64,000 bases of DNA, from contig NC_092383.1 of NCBI RefSeq assembly GCF_030028105.1, forward strand, positions 86,137,921 through 86,201,920, in the 5' to 3' direction. The notes below the pieces were generated by a model that saw nothing but the letters and a program-made list of their open reading frames with translations, was not told the origin of the DNA and did no database searches. This stretch comes from Mobula birostris. Taxonomy: Eukaryota. Below, one piece after another: positions 1 through 12,462 of the stretch. The number at the start of each line of letters is the position of its first letter. The stretch's first letter is position 1. The translations under genes and the position numbers were made by a program.

Positions 1-1883
1 GGAACCGTTGGCAATCATGATTAGAGCAGATCCAAATATTAGAGGGGTGAAGGGAGGTGGAAAGGAACTTAAGCTGATGTTATATGCTGACGATATTTTA
101 TTACTGATTAGTGACCCTCCTAATTCCTTACCCCCACTAATGAAAACATTTCAATTCAATTCTGAGGTATCTGGTTATAAAATCAACTGCAATAAATCGG
201 AGGCTATGCCAAAAGTCAAAATTGTGTTATTCAAGTTCAGTATCTCAGTTTAATTTCAGATGGGTGCCAGTTGGAATGAAGTATCTAGGGGTCAAACTCA
301 GTCAGAATTTGGATGAAATAATTACTTTAAATTATGATTCATTATTGAGTAGGATCAGAAGTAATCTGGATAAGTGGGGGGGCACTGAGACTGTCACTCT
401 GGAGTAAAGTCAATGTAGTTAAAATGGTCATAGCGCCTCAGTTTAACTATCTTTCTATGATGCTTCCTTTACATATATCAGATTTGATCTACAAGCAATA
501 CAACAAAATTATCAGTGATTTTCTATGTGATAAGAAGAAGCCCAGAATTAAAATGAGTAAGATGTGTCTGTCCAGGGACATGGGTGGGCTCAGTCTACCA
601 GATGTCAGGGCATATAAATTATCCTTTGAAGTGACCAAATTAGCTAAACATTGGGACAGGGCTGATGTTGATTTAGATTGGGTGATTATAGAACAGAGCC
701 TGGCTGCACCACATTCTCTCCTTAACATCCTCTCACAACATGTGGAAAACAAGACTAATCTAAATCCTATACTATTTCACTCAAGGAGTGTGTGGAGTAC
801 AATTCATAAAGCTTGTAGAATGTCACACTTAAACCAGTTATACTCCTCGCTCTGGAATATCCCTGAGATATGCATTGGGAAGAGAATGGTGTACTGGAAA
901 GAATGGAAGATTAAAGGTGTAAATACAGTAGGTGATCTCTGAAAATGGGATTTTTATGTCATATGTGGATTTGCAGAGGAAATATAACTTAGTAGATAAA
1001 GGGTATTTTTGGAAGTATTTACAAATAAGACATTGCATTAGTAGCATATTTAAGAATGGTGACTCCCAAAGTAACTCTTTAACTGAATACTTCACATTAT
1101 CACAGGGAGTTCATAAAGCAACAGTGTTTTATAAAATGTTCAAGCACTCTGTGGGTGAATCGTGTAACAATCTCAAAGCAGCATGGCAGAAGGATCTTGG
1201 AAACGATATTGAAGATAATGAGTGGTCAAATATTTTATCAAATGTGGGTAGACATATTAGGGAAGCGAGAGGGTAATTTATTCAGTATAAGATAGTACAC
1301 AGATATTATTGGACACCAACTAGACTCTAGAAAATGGGGATTGTTGAAAATAATTTATGGTGGAAATGTAAAAATGGGGTGGGCACATATTTTCACATGA
1401 TTTGGGACTGTTAATTGGTTGGTCCATTTTGGTGTAAAGTTCTGGATTTGTTGGGGAATTGGTCGGGTTCCACACTGCCCTTGTGCCTACGGCTTTGTCT
1501 CTTGGGTGATAGGACAATGATACCTAATGTTAACAATGACAAATTTACTATTTTAAAGGTGGGTCTCATCACAGTTGCAAGAATTATATTGCAAAACTGG
1601 AAGAAACCCAGATGTCCTACTGTGAAGGAATGGACTGAGGAAATGATTAAGATTTCATTATATGAACACATGTTGGGAAGAATTAACAGTGAGGGAAAAG
1701 AGCAAGATGCGTGGGATCAATTTTGGTTGTATGTTAATTTAAACTCAAATTAGAACTTCTTTCTGTTTCTAAGTTTTATTTGTTTTCCTGTCATGGGATG
1801 GCTGTGTAAATATGTGTAAATTTTATTCTGCTTTGTAAAACAAGAATAGATAATCATAAAAATTTGAATTATATATAAAAAAA
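1..1883 (+). mobile_element. L1/Tx1-like LINE, 3' part of ORF2 (frameshifted) ending in A-rich tail
   Basis: RT motif LYADDILL at start; broken ORFs continue through APQFNYL..KKPRI, W..DLG, CWKC..GT.FHM.WDC and a C-terminal W..FW motif; ends TATATAAAAAAA at ~1872-1883. Confidence 0.9.
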
Positions 1884-2727
1884 GAAAGAGACCCCTCATG
1901 ATGTCTGAAACTGTGCCCTTTCGATCTGAAGCAACTCATACTCATCAGGTCTGGCAGTATCTATGGAAATAAATAAATAGTTGACATTTCTGAAGGGGTC
2001 TCAGCCTGAAACATCAGCTGTTGATTTCATTCATAGATGTAGCCTGACCTGCTGATTTCCTCCACAATTTTGTATATGTTGCTCTTCTTGTCCAGCATCT
2101 GCAGAATCTCTTCTGTTCCTGTTCTAATATTGGTCAGACAAATGTCATTGGACATCAGAGAGTTATACAGTATGGGATCAGGCCCTCCAGCTCAACTCAT
2201 TCACACTGACCAGCCTGAGCTAGGTCCACCTGTTGGATTAGTTCCATTTCCCTTTTCTATATATGTGCTGGTATAGAAATCTTCTATTCATTTTTACTGT
2301 ACCCATGGCTACCACTTCCTCTAGCAGCTCACTCCATATACCCACTGCCCTCTGTGTGAAAAACATGCCCCTAAGCTCTTGTTACATCCTTCCCCTCTCT
2401 TCCTTTACCTTTAAACCAAATCACTATAAAAATAATACTATGAGCATTCACATTATCAATTACTCTCGTGAATTTCTATACCTCAAGAAGCTCACCCCTC
2501 AGCATCTCACCCTCCACGGAAAAAAAATTTCAGCCTATCCAATCTCTCCTACTAACTCAACACTTCCAGTCCTGGCAACACCTTTTTGTAATCTTTCCAG
2601 TTCAAGGACATCCTTCCTACAGCTTGGAGATCAGATCTGCACACAATACTCCAATTGTAGCCCCACCAATGACCTGTAGAGCTGTAATGTGATGTCCTAA
2701 CTATCTTTCTCTATTCTCTAAACAATT

Positions 2728-4010
2728 AAGGCAAGTGTGTCTTAGTTATCTGGATAGACAGGGTCTGATTAGGAACAGTCAACATGGATTTGTGCATGGA
2801 AGGTCATGTTTGACAAACCTTATTGAATTTTTTGAAGAGGTTACTAGGAAAGTTGACAAGGGTAAAGCAGTGGATGTTGTCGATATGGACTTCAGTAAGG
2901 CCTTTGACAAGGTTCCACACGGAAGGTTAGTTAGGAAGGTTCAATCATTAGGTATTAAGATCAAAGTCGTAAAATGGATTCAGCAGTGGCTGGGTGGGAG
3001 ATGCCGGTGACTAGTGATGAGCCTCAGGGATCTGTACTGGGTCCAATGTTGTTTGTCATATACATTAATGATCTGGATGATTGTAGATTGGATTAGTAAG
3101 TATGCAGATGATACTATGATAGGTGGAGTTGTGGATAATGAGGTAGGTTTTCAAAGCTTGCAGAGAGATTTAGGCCAGTTAGAAGAGTGGGCTGAAAGAT
3201 GGCAGATGGAGTTTAATGCTGATAAATGTGAGGTGCTACACTTTGGTAGGACTAATCAAAATAGGACATTCATGGTAAATGGTAGGGCAGTGAAGAACAC
3301 TGGAGAACAGAGGGATCTAGGAATAATGGTGCATAGTTCCCTGAAGGTGGAATCTCATGTGGATAGGGTGGTGAAGAAAGCTTTTGGTATGCTGGCCTTT
3401 ATAAATCAGACATTCAGTATAGGAGTTGGGATGTAATGTTGAAATTGTACAAGGCATTGGTAAGGACAAATTTGGAGTATTGTGTGCAGTTCTGGTCACC
3501 AAATTATAGGAAAGATGTCAAAAAAATAGAGTACAGACTAGATTTACTAGAATGTTACCTGGGTTTCATCACCTAAGTTACAGAGAAAGGTTGAAGAACT
3601 TGGGTTTTTATTCTTTGGAGCGTAGAAGGTTGAGGGGGGACTTGATAGAGGTATTTAATATTATGAGGGAGATAGAGAGAGTTGACGTGGATAGGCTTTT
3701 TCCATTGAGAGTGGGGGAGATTCAAACAAGAGTACATGAGTTGAGAGTTAAAGGGTAAACGTTTAGGGGTAACATAAGGGTGAACTACTTTACTCAGAGA
3801 GTGGTAGCTGTGTGGAACGAGCTTCCAGCAGAAGTAGTTGAGGTAGGTTCGATGTTGTCATTTTGAAGTTAAATTAGATAGCTATATGGACAGGAAAGGA
3901 ATGGAGGGTTATGGGCTGAGTGCAGTGGGTGGAACTAGGTAAGAGTAAGCGTTCGGCACGGACTAGAAGGGCCGAGATGGCCTGTTTCCATGCTGTAATT
4001 GTTGTATGGT
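2728..4010 (+). mobile_element. CR1 LINE, 5'-truncated, degenerate RT and 3' UTR
   Basis: SQHGFVHGRSCLTNLIEFFEEV..VDVVDMDFSKAFDKVPH, KYADDT, LERRRLRGDLIEV. Confidence 0.93.
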
Positions 4011-5049
4011 TATATGGTGTCAAATGGCTTTTTCACCACCATGTTTAACTCTGTTAGCACTTTTGAAGAGATTTGTACTTTTGACACTTTGGTCTGAGTA
4101 GTCCCTGCTGTTTACTGTGTAACCCTGCCCTAGCTTACCTTCTGAAAAGTAATGCTTCACTATTGTCCAGTTTAAATTCTCCATCCATTTCCTAGCCTAC
4201 TTTTCCTGTTGAAAAATGCTGTTGTATTATTAGATAAGTTTCTTCATAATTTTCGTTTCACCTACTAATTACTAACCTGCCTGTTACCTTCTTATACAAA
4301 TTGTTAATATAGATAACAAGCAACAGTGGCCCCAGCAGTAATCACGACAGCACACCACTGCTCACAGCCCTCCAGTATGAAAAGCAACCCTCCAGCACGA
4401 CTTTCTGATTCCTACCACTAATCCAATTTTGCATGTGAGTGACTAGTTCCTCTGTGAAAATTTTGTACCACACAGGATCTAGTATTACAAATGCATAATT
4501 CCCTGAAAGTGAAGACACAGAGACTGAGTGGTGAAGAAGATGTTCGGTTTGCTTATGGTCATTCATCAAGGCAATGACTTCAGGAGTTATGATGTCATTT
4601 TACAGCTTACAAGAGCCTGGTGTGACAGCACTTGGAATAATGTGTGTAGTTCTGGGACCTGGTGTGCATTTGATGTATTCTTGGCAAAATGCTGGAGTCT
4701 GTAATAAAGGAGTTAATATTTAGTCATTTAGAGCAGCTTAATCTAATCAAATGAAGTCAAAATGGTTTCTTTGAGGCATTTATTAGCCTTCATGGTATTT
4801 GGAGAGGTGTGTTAGCGTGGATTAAAAGCCAACTATTGAATCAATATAAGGAGAGTCAAAATAAATGGATCTTATTCATGCCCAGAGGATGCATATCATG
4901 GACTGCTTGAAGGATCCACATTTGAAAGTTTCCTACTTGGTCCTCAAGACTTACATAAATAACTTGAAGAGAAAACAGATTGTCTGATGTCCAAATTTGA
5001 CTGTAGGAAATATGAATTCATTTTCTGTATGACGCTATTGTATTTTGTG

Positions 5050-5745
5050 TGTGCAGCCCCCCTGGCCACCCTCAGAGTCGCTCGGCTCGCTGTCGTCTAG
5101 GGAAACAGCCTCGGCCCCGCCAAACTGGGTAATTCGTTTGTGTGGATGCTGTGTGAGGTACCCCACCCCGCCCAAATAACAGACAATACACCAGATACGA
5201 TTAAATGATTTACAGTTTATAGATATTACTGGAACTATATAATTAAAAGAGAATAAAATATAAAAGGAAAATAAAAGGCGCCACACTTATCAAAGTTCAA
5301 TCTCTTCGTGCACAAAACCGTTGGAGCTCAAGGACCTTCTTCTTCACCCTGTGACCCCTTGGACCACCTCGACCGGCCGCCTGGGACCAACAACGGTGGT
5401 CGACCAGACGCTCCACACGAGTCCGTCTCCGTCTCCTCGCCGAACGTCCCGCTCGGGGTCCGACCCCGTTAGCGGACTCACAGCACCTGGTCCATCCTCT
5501 GTCTCGCTCTCCCGCCTTCTGCCCCAAAAACCCCGCGCATACAGTATCTTCAAATACACCAAAACCATAACAACTATCCCAATTGGTTAATAGCACTCTC
5601 TTATCACACACTAAACCACAATAAGCTGCTAGCGCAAACTTTCTCAGCGTTAAAGCACAACAAAGCCGCATTCCCCAGATTAACATAACAAAAACGCCAT
5701 TTTAATTAGCCTCCGCAGTAACATAAAAATCGAAACCCCCTTACA
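5050..5745 (-). mobile_element. Solo LTR (Gypsy/ERV-like) with 4-bp TSD
   Basis: TG...CA ends (TGTAAGGGG on minus; TGTGCAGCC on plus); TGTG at 5046-5049 and 5746-5749; GC-rich island in AT-rich flanks. Confidence 0.65.
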
Positions 5746-6509
5746 TGTGGTTATTATGTATTCTGGTAATATATCTCAAGGTTTGTGGTGTGGTAGAGAC
5801 AAATTGGTACTCAGGCTTTGACCTAGTTAGTTAGTTTAGTTTAGTTGAGGGGGAGTGAACCGGTGATAATATATGTTTTTGTTGACCATTAATTCATATT
5901 TTCCCTGATTCGGTTATGCTAATTTTGAATATCACTGTACAAGATAATTTGTTTTACTGTTTTCATAATAAAGGATCAAAGTACTTTCTTCGACTTGGGA
6001 CACAGTTATTTGGAAATGCATCATACAGCGTTGAGTCCCTCACTCTCTGAGTTTTTGGTTTGTTTTCAAGTAACCATTACAATGCCAATGACATAAAAAT
6101 GTCTGGGTTGATGATGATATCAGAGCTCCCCAACTGTATATGGATAGATGAATGTGGAGCCAAGACATGGTCAATGGGACAGTCTGAGGTTACGAACCTC
6201 AATATAAGGAACCTAAAAACAGATTGTTATCTACAGTACATTAAAAAAAACTGCAAATGAGAGGCATCCAGGTGTATTGCAAACAAATGGAAAAAAAGTT
6301 TTTGCATGACAGTTTGTAAGAAAAGCAAATGATACACAGTCTTTTATTGCAAGAGGTTTGGAGATCCGATGGAATGAATTCTTGTTGTTGTGACCATGCC
6401 TGGAGCACACTGTGTAATTTTATTCATCCAGTTTAAGGATGGATATATGATTGGAAAAAGTTTGGAACAGATATATTGGGATGACTCCTGACTATAGGAC
6501 CCACAGCTC

Positions 6510-7290
6510 CAACCTGCTAACTAAATTTGCTGACAACATTAAATTGATTGGCCTTATCTCAAATAATAACAAGGCAGCCTTCTGAGAAGAAGTCATCACC
6601 CTGACACAGTGGTGTCAAAAAAACCAACCTGCCCATTCAATATCGCAAAAACAAAGAAGCTGGTTGTGGACTACAGAAGAAACGGAGACAGGTTCACCCC
6701 GATTGACATCAATGGATCAGGGGCTGAGAGGGTAAACAGCTTTAAGTTCCTCAGTATACACATCACCGAAGACCAGCTGCATGGTGAAAAGTGCACAACA
6801 GGACCTCTTTCAAATCGGACGGTTGAAGAAGTTTGGCATGAGTCCCCAGATCCTAACAACTTTCTACAGGGGCACAACTGAGAGCATCCTGACTGGCTGC
6901 ATCACTGCTATGGATGCAAACTGTACTTCACTCAACCGCAGAGTTTGGTGCGGACAGACCAGCGCATCAGTAGATGTGAACTCCCCACTAATCAGGACAT
7001 TTACAGCGACAGGTGTGGACCCAAAGGATCCATGGGGACCCAAGTCAACCCAATTACAAACTGTTCCACCTGCTACCATCCGAGAAACGGTACCACTGCA
7101 TTAAAACCAGGACCAACAGTCTCTGGGACAGCTTCTTCCACCAGGCCATTAGACTGATGAATTCACACTGATAAAATTGTATTTCTATGCTATATTGACT
7201 GTTCTGTTGCACATACTATTTGCAACAAATTATAATGAATTGCACATTGCAGATTCAGACAGAGACAGAACATAAAGGTTTTTACTCCTC
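6510..7290 (+). mobile_element. L2/Rex-Babar-type LINE 3' fragment
   Basis: KFAD..LIGLIS, KTKKLVVDYRR, FKFL.IHITED, LKKFGMSPQILTTFYRGT.ESILTGCIT; related pieces at ~9780-10180, 20505-21245, 30050-30870, 55740-56200, 60470-60880. Confidence 0.8.
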
Positions 7291-7467
7291 GTGTGTGTGA
7301 AGGATAAGGAACAGAGTCAATTCAATTCAATTCAATTGATGTTGGAGACTAAAGCTGACAAGGCATTTTGTAGCTTCATAAAACTTTGGGTAGGTCATAT
7401 TGAAAACAATAATATGTAGTTCTGTTTGCAACCCTGTGGAAAGGATGTGGATGGTTAGGAGAGGGTA

Positions 7468-7810
7468 CTACTACTACTGCTACGTTGTCTCAGGCCTAGG
7501 GAGCCGGCGTCGGGCACGATGACGGACTCTCCACTTCTCCCTCTCCCTCATCAGTGTGTTCAGTTCATCTACATTAGCCACGCCGCTGACTTCTAGGAGC
7601 GTGTTGACCATAGTATTGGGAGGGTGCCCAGGGTTCATCCTCCCGTGCTTGGGCGCCCATATGATGACTAGGCTGGCAGGTAGCTTGGGGTGGCGTAGAC
7701 AGTGCCCCGCTAGTTGCAGTCTTCTCGCCTCGATTTTAGTGGAGAGAATTGGTAAGTTGTTATAGAGCTCGACGTTCATTATGTGCTGTTGCCAGCACAA
7801 GGAGAGGGTA
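7468..7810 (-). mobile_element. RTE-clade LINE 3' end with (TAG)n tail
   Basis: LYNNLP.LSTKIEARRLQLAGHCLRH...W.PKHG...GHP...ERE.WR; CTACTACTACT tail at ~7468-7480. Confidence 0.8.
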
Positions 7811-8523
7811 AATGCCCTGCTAAAAGTCTGCATAAACAACATCCACTGCCTTGCCTTTATCCACTTTCCTGGTAAGCTCCTTAATAAAATCTATAAGTTT
7901 GATTAGACACGCACTACCACACACGAAGCCAAGCTGAATATGCTTAATCAGCTCATGTCTATCCAAATATGATATATCTATCCAGTCACCTCGAATACAT
8001 TCCAATAACTTGCCTGCAACTGATGTGAGATTCACTGCCCTACAATTTCCTAATTTATGCTTAGAGCTTTTTTAAACAGCAGAACAGCATTGGCTACTCT
8101 CCGATCCTCTGGTACCTCTCCTGTTGCTAAGAATAGTTTAAATATGTTTGTCAGGACCCATGTATTTTCTGCACATATCTCCCGTGAGGTCTGAGGGAAC
8201 ACCTAGCAGGCCTTGGGGATATATCCACAGTAATATGCCTCAAAAAAAAAAACACCTCCTCCTCTGCCAGGGTGACATTTCATGGAGTTCGAAGGCAGGA
8301 AAATGTGCTGAGCTTTCCACTGGAAATTGGTGTCCCATCAGTGGGTCAGACCCTGCACTGGGTGACAGCAACATGAGCGGGGTTTTTTAACTCTTGTCTA
8401 CTCCCTGCAGGACTCTGCACTGCTGTGGAACCTCCGAATATTCCTGCTGCCCTGACCCTTCCTAGAGAAAATATGAATCAGACATTTCAATGGAGACATA
8501 ATGTTAATCAATGAAAAACCTAC

Positions 8524-8838
8524 CGTCAAATACTTGCAGATGCACATCAAACACTGGATGATTGCCAGATGTTGTAATTCCACATCTGTAATGTCCTGTA
8601 TCATTAGAGACAAGATTCTCCATAGTAACAGTAAATATTCCCAGGGATGTGTTATCTCTGATTGTCATTCTTCCATACTGCTCATTTGTCCCATTTGTAT
8701 TCACTAACAATGTGCATTGGCAATCCCACATGCGGCACAAATACTTTGTGTGTGATCGGTACACTGGTGAATAGTGACAGTCGATTGTGATCGCACTTTG
8801 CGCAAGTCCTCTTACTTTATCTTCTGCCCATAAAGCAC
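8524..8838 (-). CDS. Gene B exon: second V-type Ig domain (CD300/pIgR/MDIR-like)
   Basis: 315-nt open exon, acceptor TTTCAG|GT, donor G|GTAGGT, phase 1/1; ALWAEDKVRG..ITIDCHY..KYLC..C..LV.TNG..GRMTIRDN..FTVTMENL..DTGHYRCG. Confidence 0.9.
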
Positions 8839-11105
8839 CTGAAACTGAAGGAGAAGTTTCTCAGAAAATGCACAGGTAAAATCAAATTAACACAGGGAGA
8901 TTCAAGTTTCTAGATAGTTTCATGTCATTTCCTGTACAAAGGTGTTAAGCAGAACAGAATCATTATCACACTTGATCTGAAACTAAAGATAAGAAATGCA
9001 ATTATAATAATAAAAAATAAAGTTATTTTATTTAAAGCTGTAGCTGTGTTCTAAGGAATCTGCCACACTGTCAAATGGTGTAACTGAATTCCACATTGAC
9101 TGAGAAGATAACAGCATCATCCCTCATCTCGTGCTCCCTGCTCTTCACAAGTAATGATTTTTATTTGATTAGAGTCATCATTGTCACTACCCACTAATGT
9201 CTCAGTGTGTTTCCACATTTCTGAGTCAATAGATTACAGATCCAGTCCCTTTTCAGGCAGGTGAGCACAAGATCAGTGGTGGGTAACTTACTGGAAGTGA
9301 TTGTGTGAGACAGGATCTACCTGTATTTGCCAAGGCAAGATCTGATTTTGGATAGTGAAGATGATTTTATGCATGGGAAATCCTCTCTCAAAAATATTTG
9401 ACTGAGTTTTCTTTGAGAGGTGATCAAAGGAACTGTTGAGGACAGGACTTTAGAATTTAGCAGGCTGATGACCAAACCTTGCAAGGTAGACTGATCTGCA
9501 ATGTGAGATCTCATGGTAGGCTAGTAAGATGGATATTGAATAGGCTTGGTGGAAGGATACAGACTGTGATAGTGGAGTGTTGGTTTTCTGATAACTTCAG
9601 ACTTTATCACCAGTGGTGTGCCATCAGGATCGGTGCTGTTATTTGTTAACCACTCTTATTTGTCATCAATATTAATAATTTGGAATAAAAATGCAGATGG
9701 CATGAAGTCTACATTATGGATGACATTGTTGTGCAGTGGACAGTGGAATGGGTTGTCTTAATTTACAAGAGGATCTTGAAAATGAGCCGGTGTTCAGCCC
9801 CATTACTCTGTGCCAGCAAGCTCCCCCCCAACCTGAGCCTGTATTGTCTGCTTGCATTTGACCTATCTCCCTCTCTTCTCGGTACTACCATCAGGTGGAA
9901 GGTGCAGGAGTCTTGGGCCCCACACCACAGGGTTCGTCAATAGTTGTTGTCCTGCAGCTATCAGGCTCCTGGATTGGTTTCACTTGCCTCAGCACTGAAC
10001 TGACTCCGCAGCTGTGGACTCACTTTCAGAGACTCTGCCTCTCATGTTCTATGTATTATTTGTTTACATATTTTTATTATTTGCACAATTCATCATCTTT
10101 TGCACATTGGTTTTTTATCAGTCTTTGTTGTGTGTGGTTTGATATGGATTCTGTTGTGTTACTTTGTTTTGTATGGTGCATAATCACTGTCTTTATCCCA
10201 GGGTGGGGGAGGTGAAAAGTAGAGACCCTCAGCTTAAGGACTGAAGGGAAATTCTTAAAGAGCCTGGAGCAGCAGTGTTTTCCACACAGAGCAGTGTGTG
10301 CGTGGAAAAGGCTGCCAGAGGAAGTGCTAGAGATTGGTACAAGTACACTGTTTAAAATACATTTGGACAAGTTCCTGTACTGGGAAGTTTTAGAAGGATA
10401 TAGGCTAATTGCAGTGAAATGCACGAAGCTCAGGAAGACACTGTGGTCAGCATGGACGATGTGAGGTGAAGCTGCTGTTTCCATAACCTATGACTCTCTG
10501 ACTCTGCAGCATCCCTCTAAAGTGGAACACGCTTTTAAAAGGTTAAATTCAGAATTCTATTTCATTGCATAGACGCGACAGCTGATGGAATCACAGCCAA
10601 TCAGATTGCACTTCAATCTCAACAATCAAAGTTCAAAGTACATTTATTATCAAAGAAACTATACCGTATACAACCTTGAGATTCACCTCCTTCCAGGCAA
10701 CCATTAAAAAAAAACAGAACCCATTAAAAAAAGACTGTCAAACACCCAATAAACAGAAAAAAAAGAACAAATCAAATTAAGCAAATAACATTCGGAGCTA
10801 AAATTCACAAAACTGAGGCCACAGCCAAGAAGCCAGTCATCACTGTAGCCAATTCAGGAGCCCGTTAATTGCCAACCATGGCCTCAGTTCAGTGTAAGCA
10901 GAAAGCTGAACATCAGCCCATCCCTTGCCTTGGACTGACATTCCTTTAGTGATTAAAAGGGATTTGAAGGTTTATTATACTTTTTGTAATCATGAAATGC
11001 AGCAACCTTGTTCATAGAAGGAATGAATTCCCTTCTCATGTCTGAAAGTGAGTGAGGTTTATTATTCAACAACCAGAAACTCTGTTTCAGCGGTTAGTAA
11101 TTTAC

Positions 11106-11129
11106 CTGGGCTGCTCAGATATTCATCAG
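11106..11129 (-). CDS. Gene B 24-nt micro-exon linking C2 to V (A-DEYLSSP-G)
   Basis: Acceptor CATCTCTAG|CT, donor CAG|GTAAAT, phase 1/1, open; conserved in paralog at 61807-61830. Confidence 0.65.
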
Positions 11130-11670
11130 CTAGAGATGACCAAAGACAATGAGACCATAAGACAAATGAGGAGAATTAGGCCATTTGGCCCATACAGTCT
11201 GCTCCACTATTCCATCAAGGCTGATTTATTATCCCACTCAATTCCATTCTCCCTGTAATCTTTGATGCCTTTCCTAAACAAGAAGCTATTCTTTCTTTTC
11301 TTTATTAAACTTTTTATTGAATTAAAAGGAGCATGTATACAAACAAGTGGAGAATTATCTCAAATATATATAGAAATAACAATGCAAACAGAAAGTGAAA
11401 TAGACATTATCAAAATCATACATAGTATTAAGCTAATATGTAGTATATAATAAAAAAAGAAGACAGCTGATTCTCATCTTATCAATTCATGGAGAGAATA
11501 AAAAACCTTAAATTTTTAAACGATGAAAAAATACTCACTGCTCTATACGAGAAAAGGTTAAAAAAAAAGGGGGTCTGGGCAGTCCATCCTGAGGATACGA
11601 TCAAAAAAAAAGAAAGACTTTCTAATCAAATCTAAAACTTCGAAAAAAAGATTGGAAGAGACATAGTATG

Positions 11671-12300
11671 AATAGACATACCAGAATGGGAATGGGAACC
11701 GTCCGCCAGAGATAGCAGGATTTCCCAGTGGCCATACATTTTAATTCCACGTCCCATTCCCATTCTGATATGTCTATCCACAGCCTCCTCTACTGTCATG
11801 ATGAAGCCACACTCAGGTTGGAGGAATAACACCTTATATTCCATCTGGGTAGCCTCCAACCTGATGGCATGAACATTGACTTCTCAAATTTCCGCTAATG
11901 CCCACCGACCACTCGTACCCCGTCCGTTATTTATTTATTTATGGACACACATTCTTTTTCTCTCTCTCCTTTTTCTCCGTCTGTCCCTCTCACTATATCC
12001 CTTGCCCATCCTCTGGGCTTCCCCCCCCCCTTTTCTTCTTTTCTCCCTATGCCTCCTGTCCCATGATCCTCTCATATCCCTTTTGCCAATCACCTGTCCA
12101 GCTCTTGGCTCCATCCCTCCCCCTCCTGTCTTCTCCTATCATTTTGGATCTCCCCCTCCCCCTCCCACTTTCAAATCTCTTACTAGCTCTTCTTTCAGTT
12201 AGTCCTGACGAAGGGCCTTAGCCCGAAACATTGACTGTACCTCTTCCTAGAGATGCTGCCTGGCCTGCTGCATTCACCAGCAACTTTGATGTGTGTTACT
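11671..12300 (+). mobile_element. Penelope-like element 3' fragment with short 5' inversion
   Basis: GIY-YIG C-terminus (DFPVAIHFNS.SHSHSDMS..RLEE.HLIF.LGSLQPDGMNIDFS) then pyrimidine-rich 3' region; 11671-11698 is an inverted copy of ~11753-11779. Confidence 0.8.
12200..12237 (+). ncRNA. Minimal type I hammerhead ribozyme motif (stem III variant)
   Basis: TAGTC-CTGACGA-A-GGGC-CTTA-GCCC-GAAAC-ATT-GACTG; core intact but the ACGT palindrome is changed to ACAT. Confidence 0.55.
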
Positions 12301-12462
12301 GGAAGCAACACATTCAGATTCTTTGAATGGAGAGGAGTGAATAATGTTTAATAATCTTTGAAAGTTAAAATGTGAATACCTATTTTTAATAAATCCATTT
12401 TGATCATGGGAAATAATACTAGGTAAAATACTCTCAAGTCTATTAGCCAAGATCTTAGAAAG

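Noticed and set aside
10950-11045. Possible separate terminal exon after the micro-exon (acceptor CTTTCAG)
   Set aside because: Intron would be only ~60 nt and the acceptor is weaker in the paralog; read-through model is simpler
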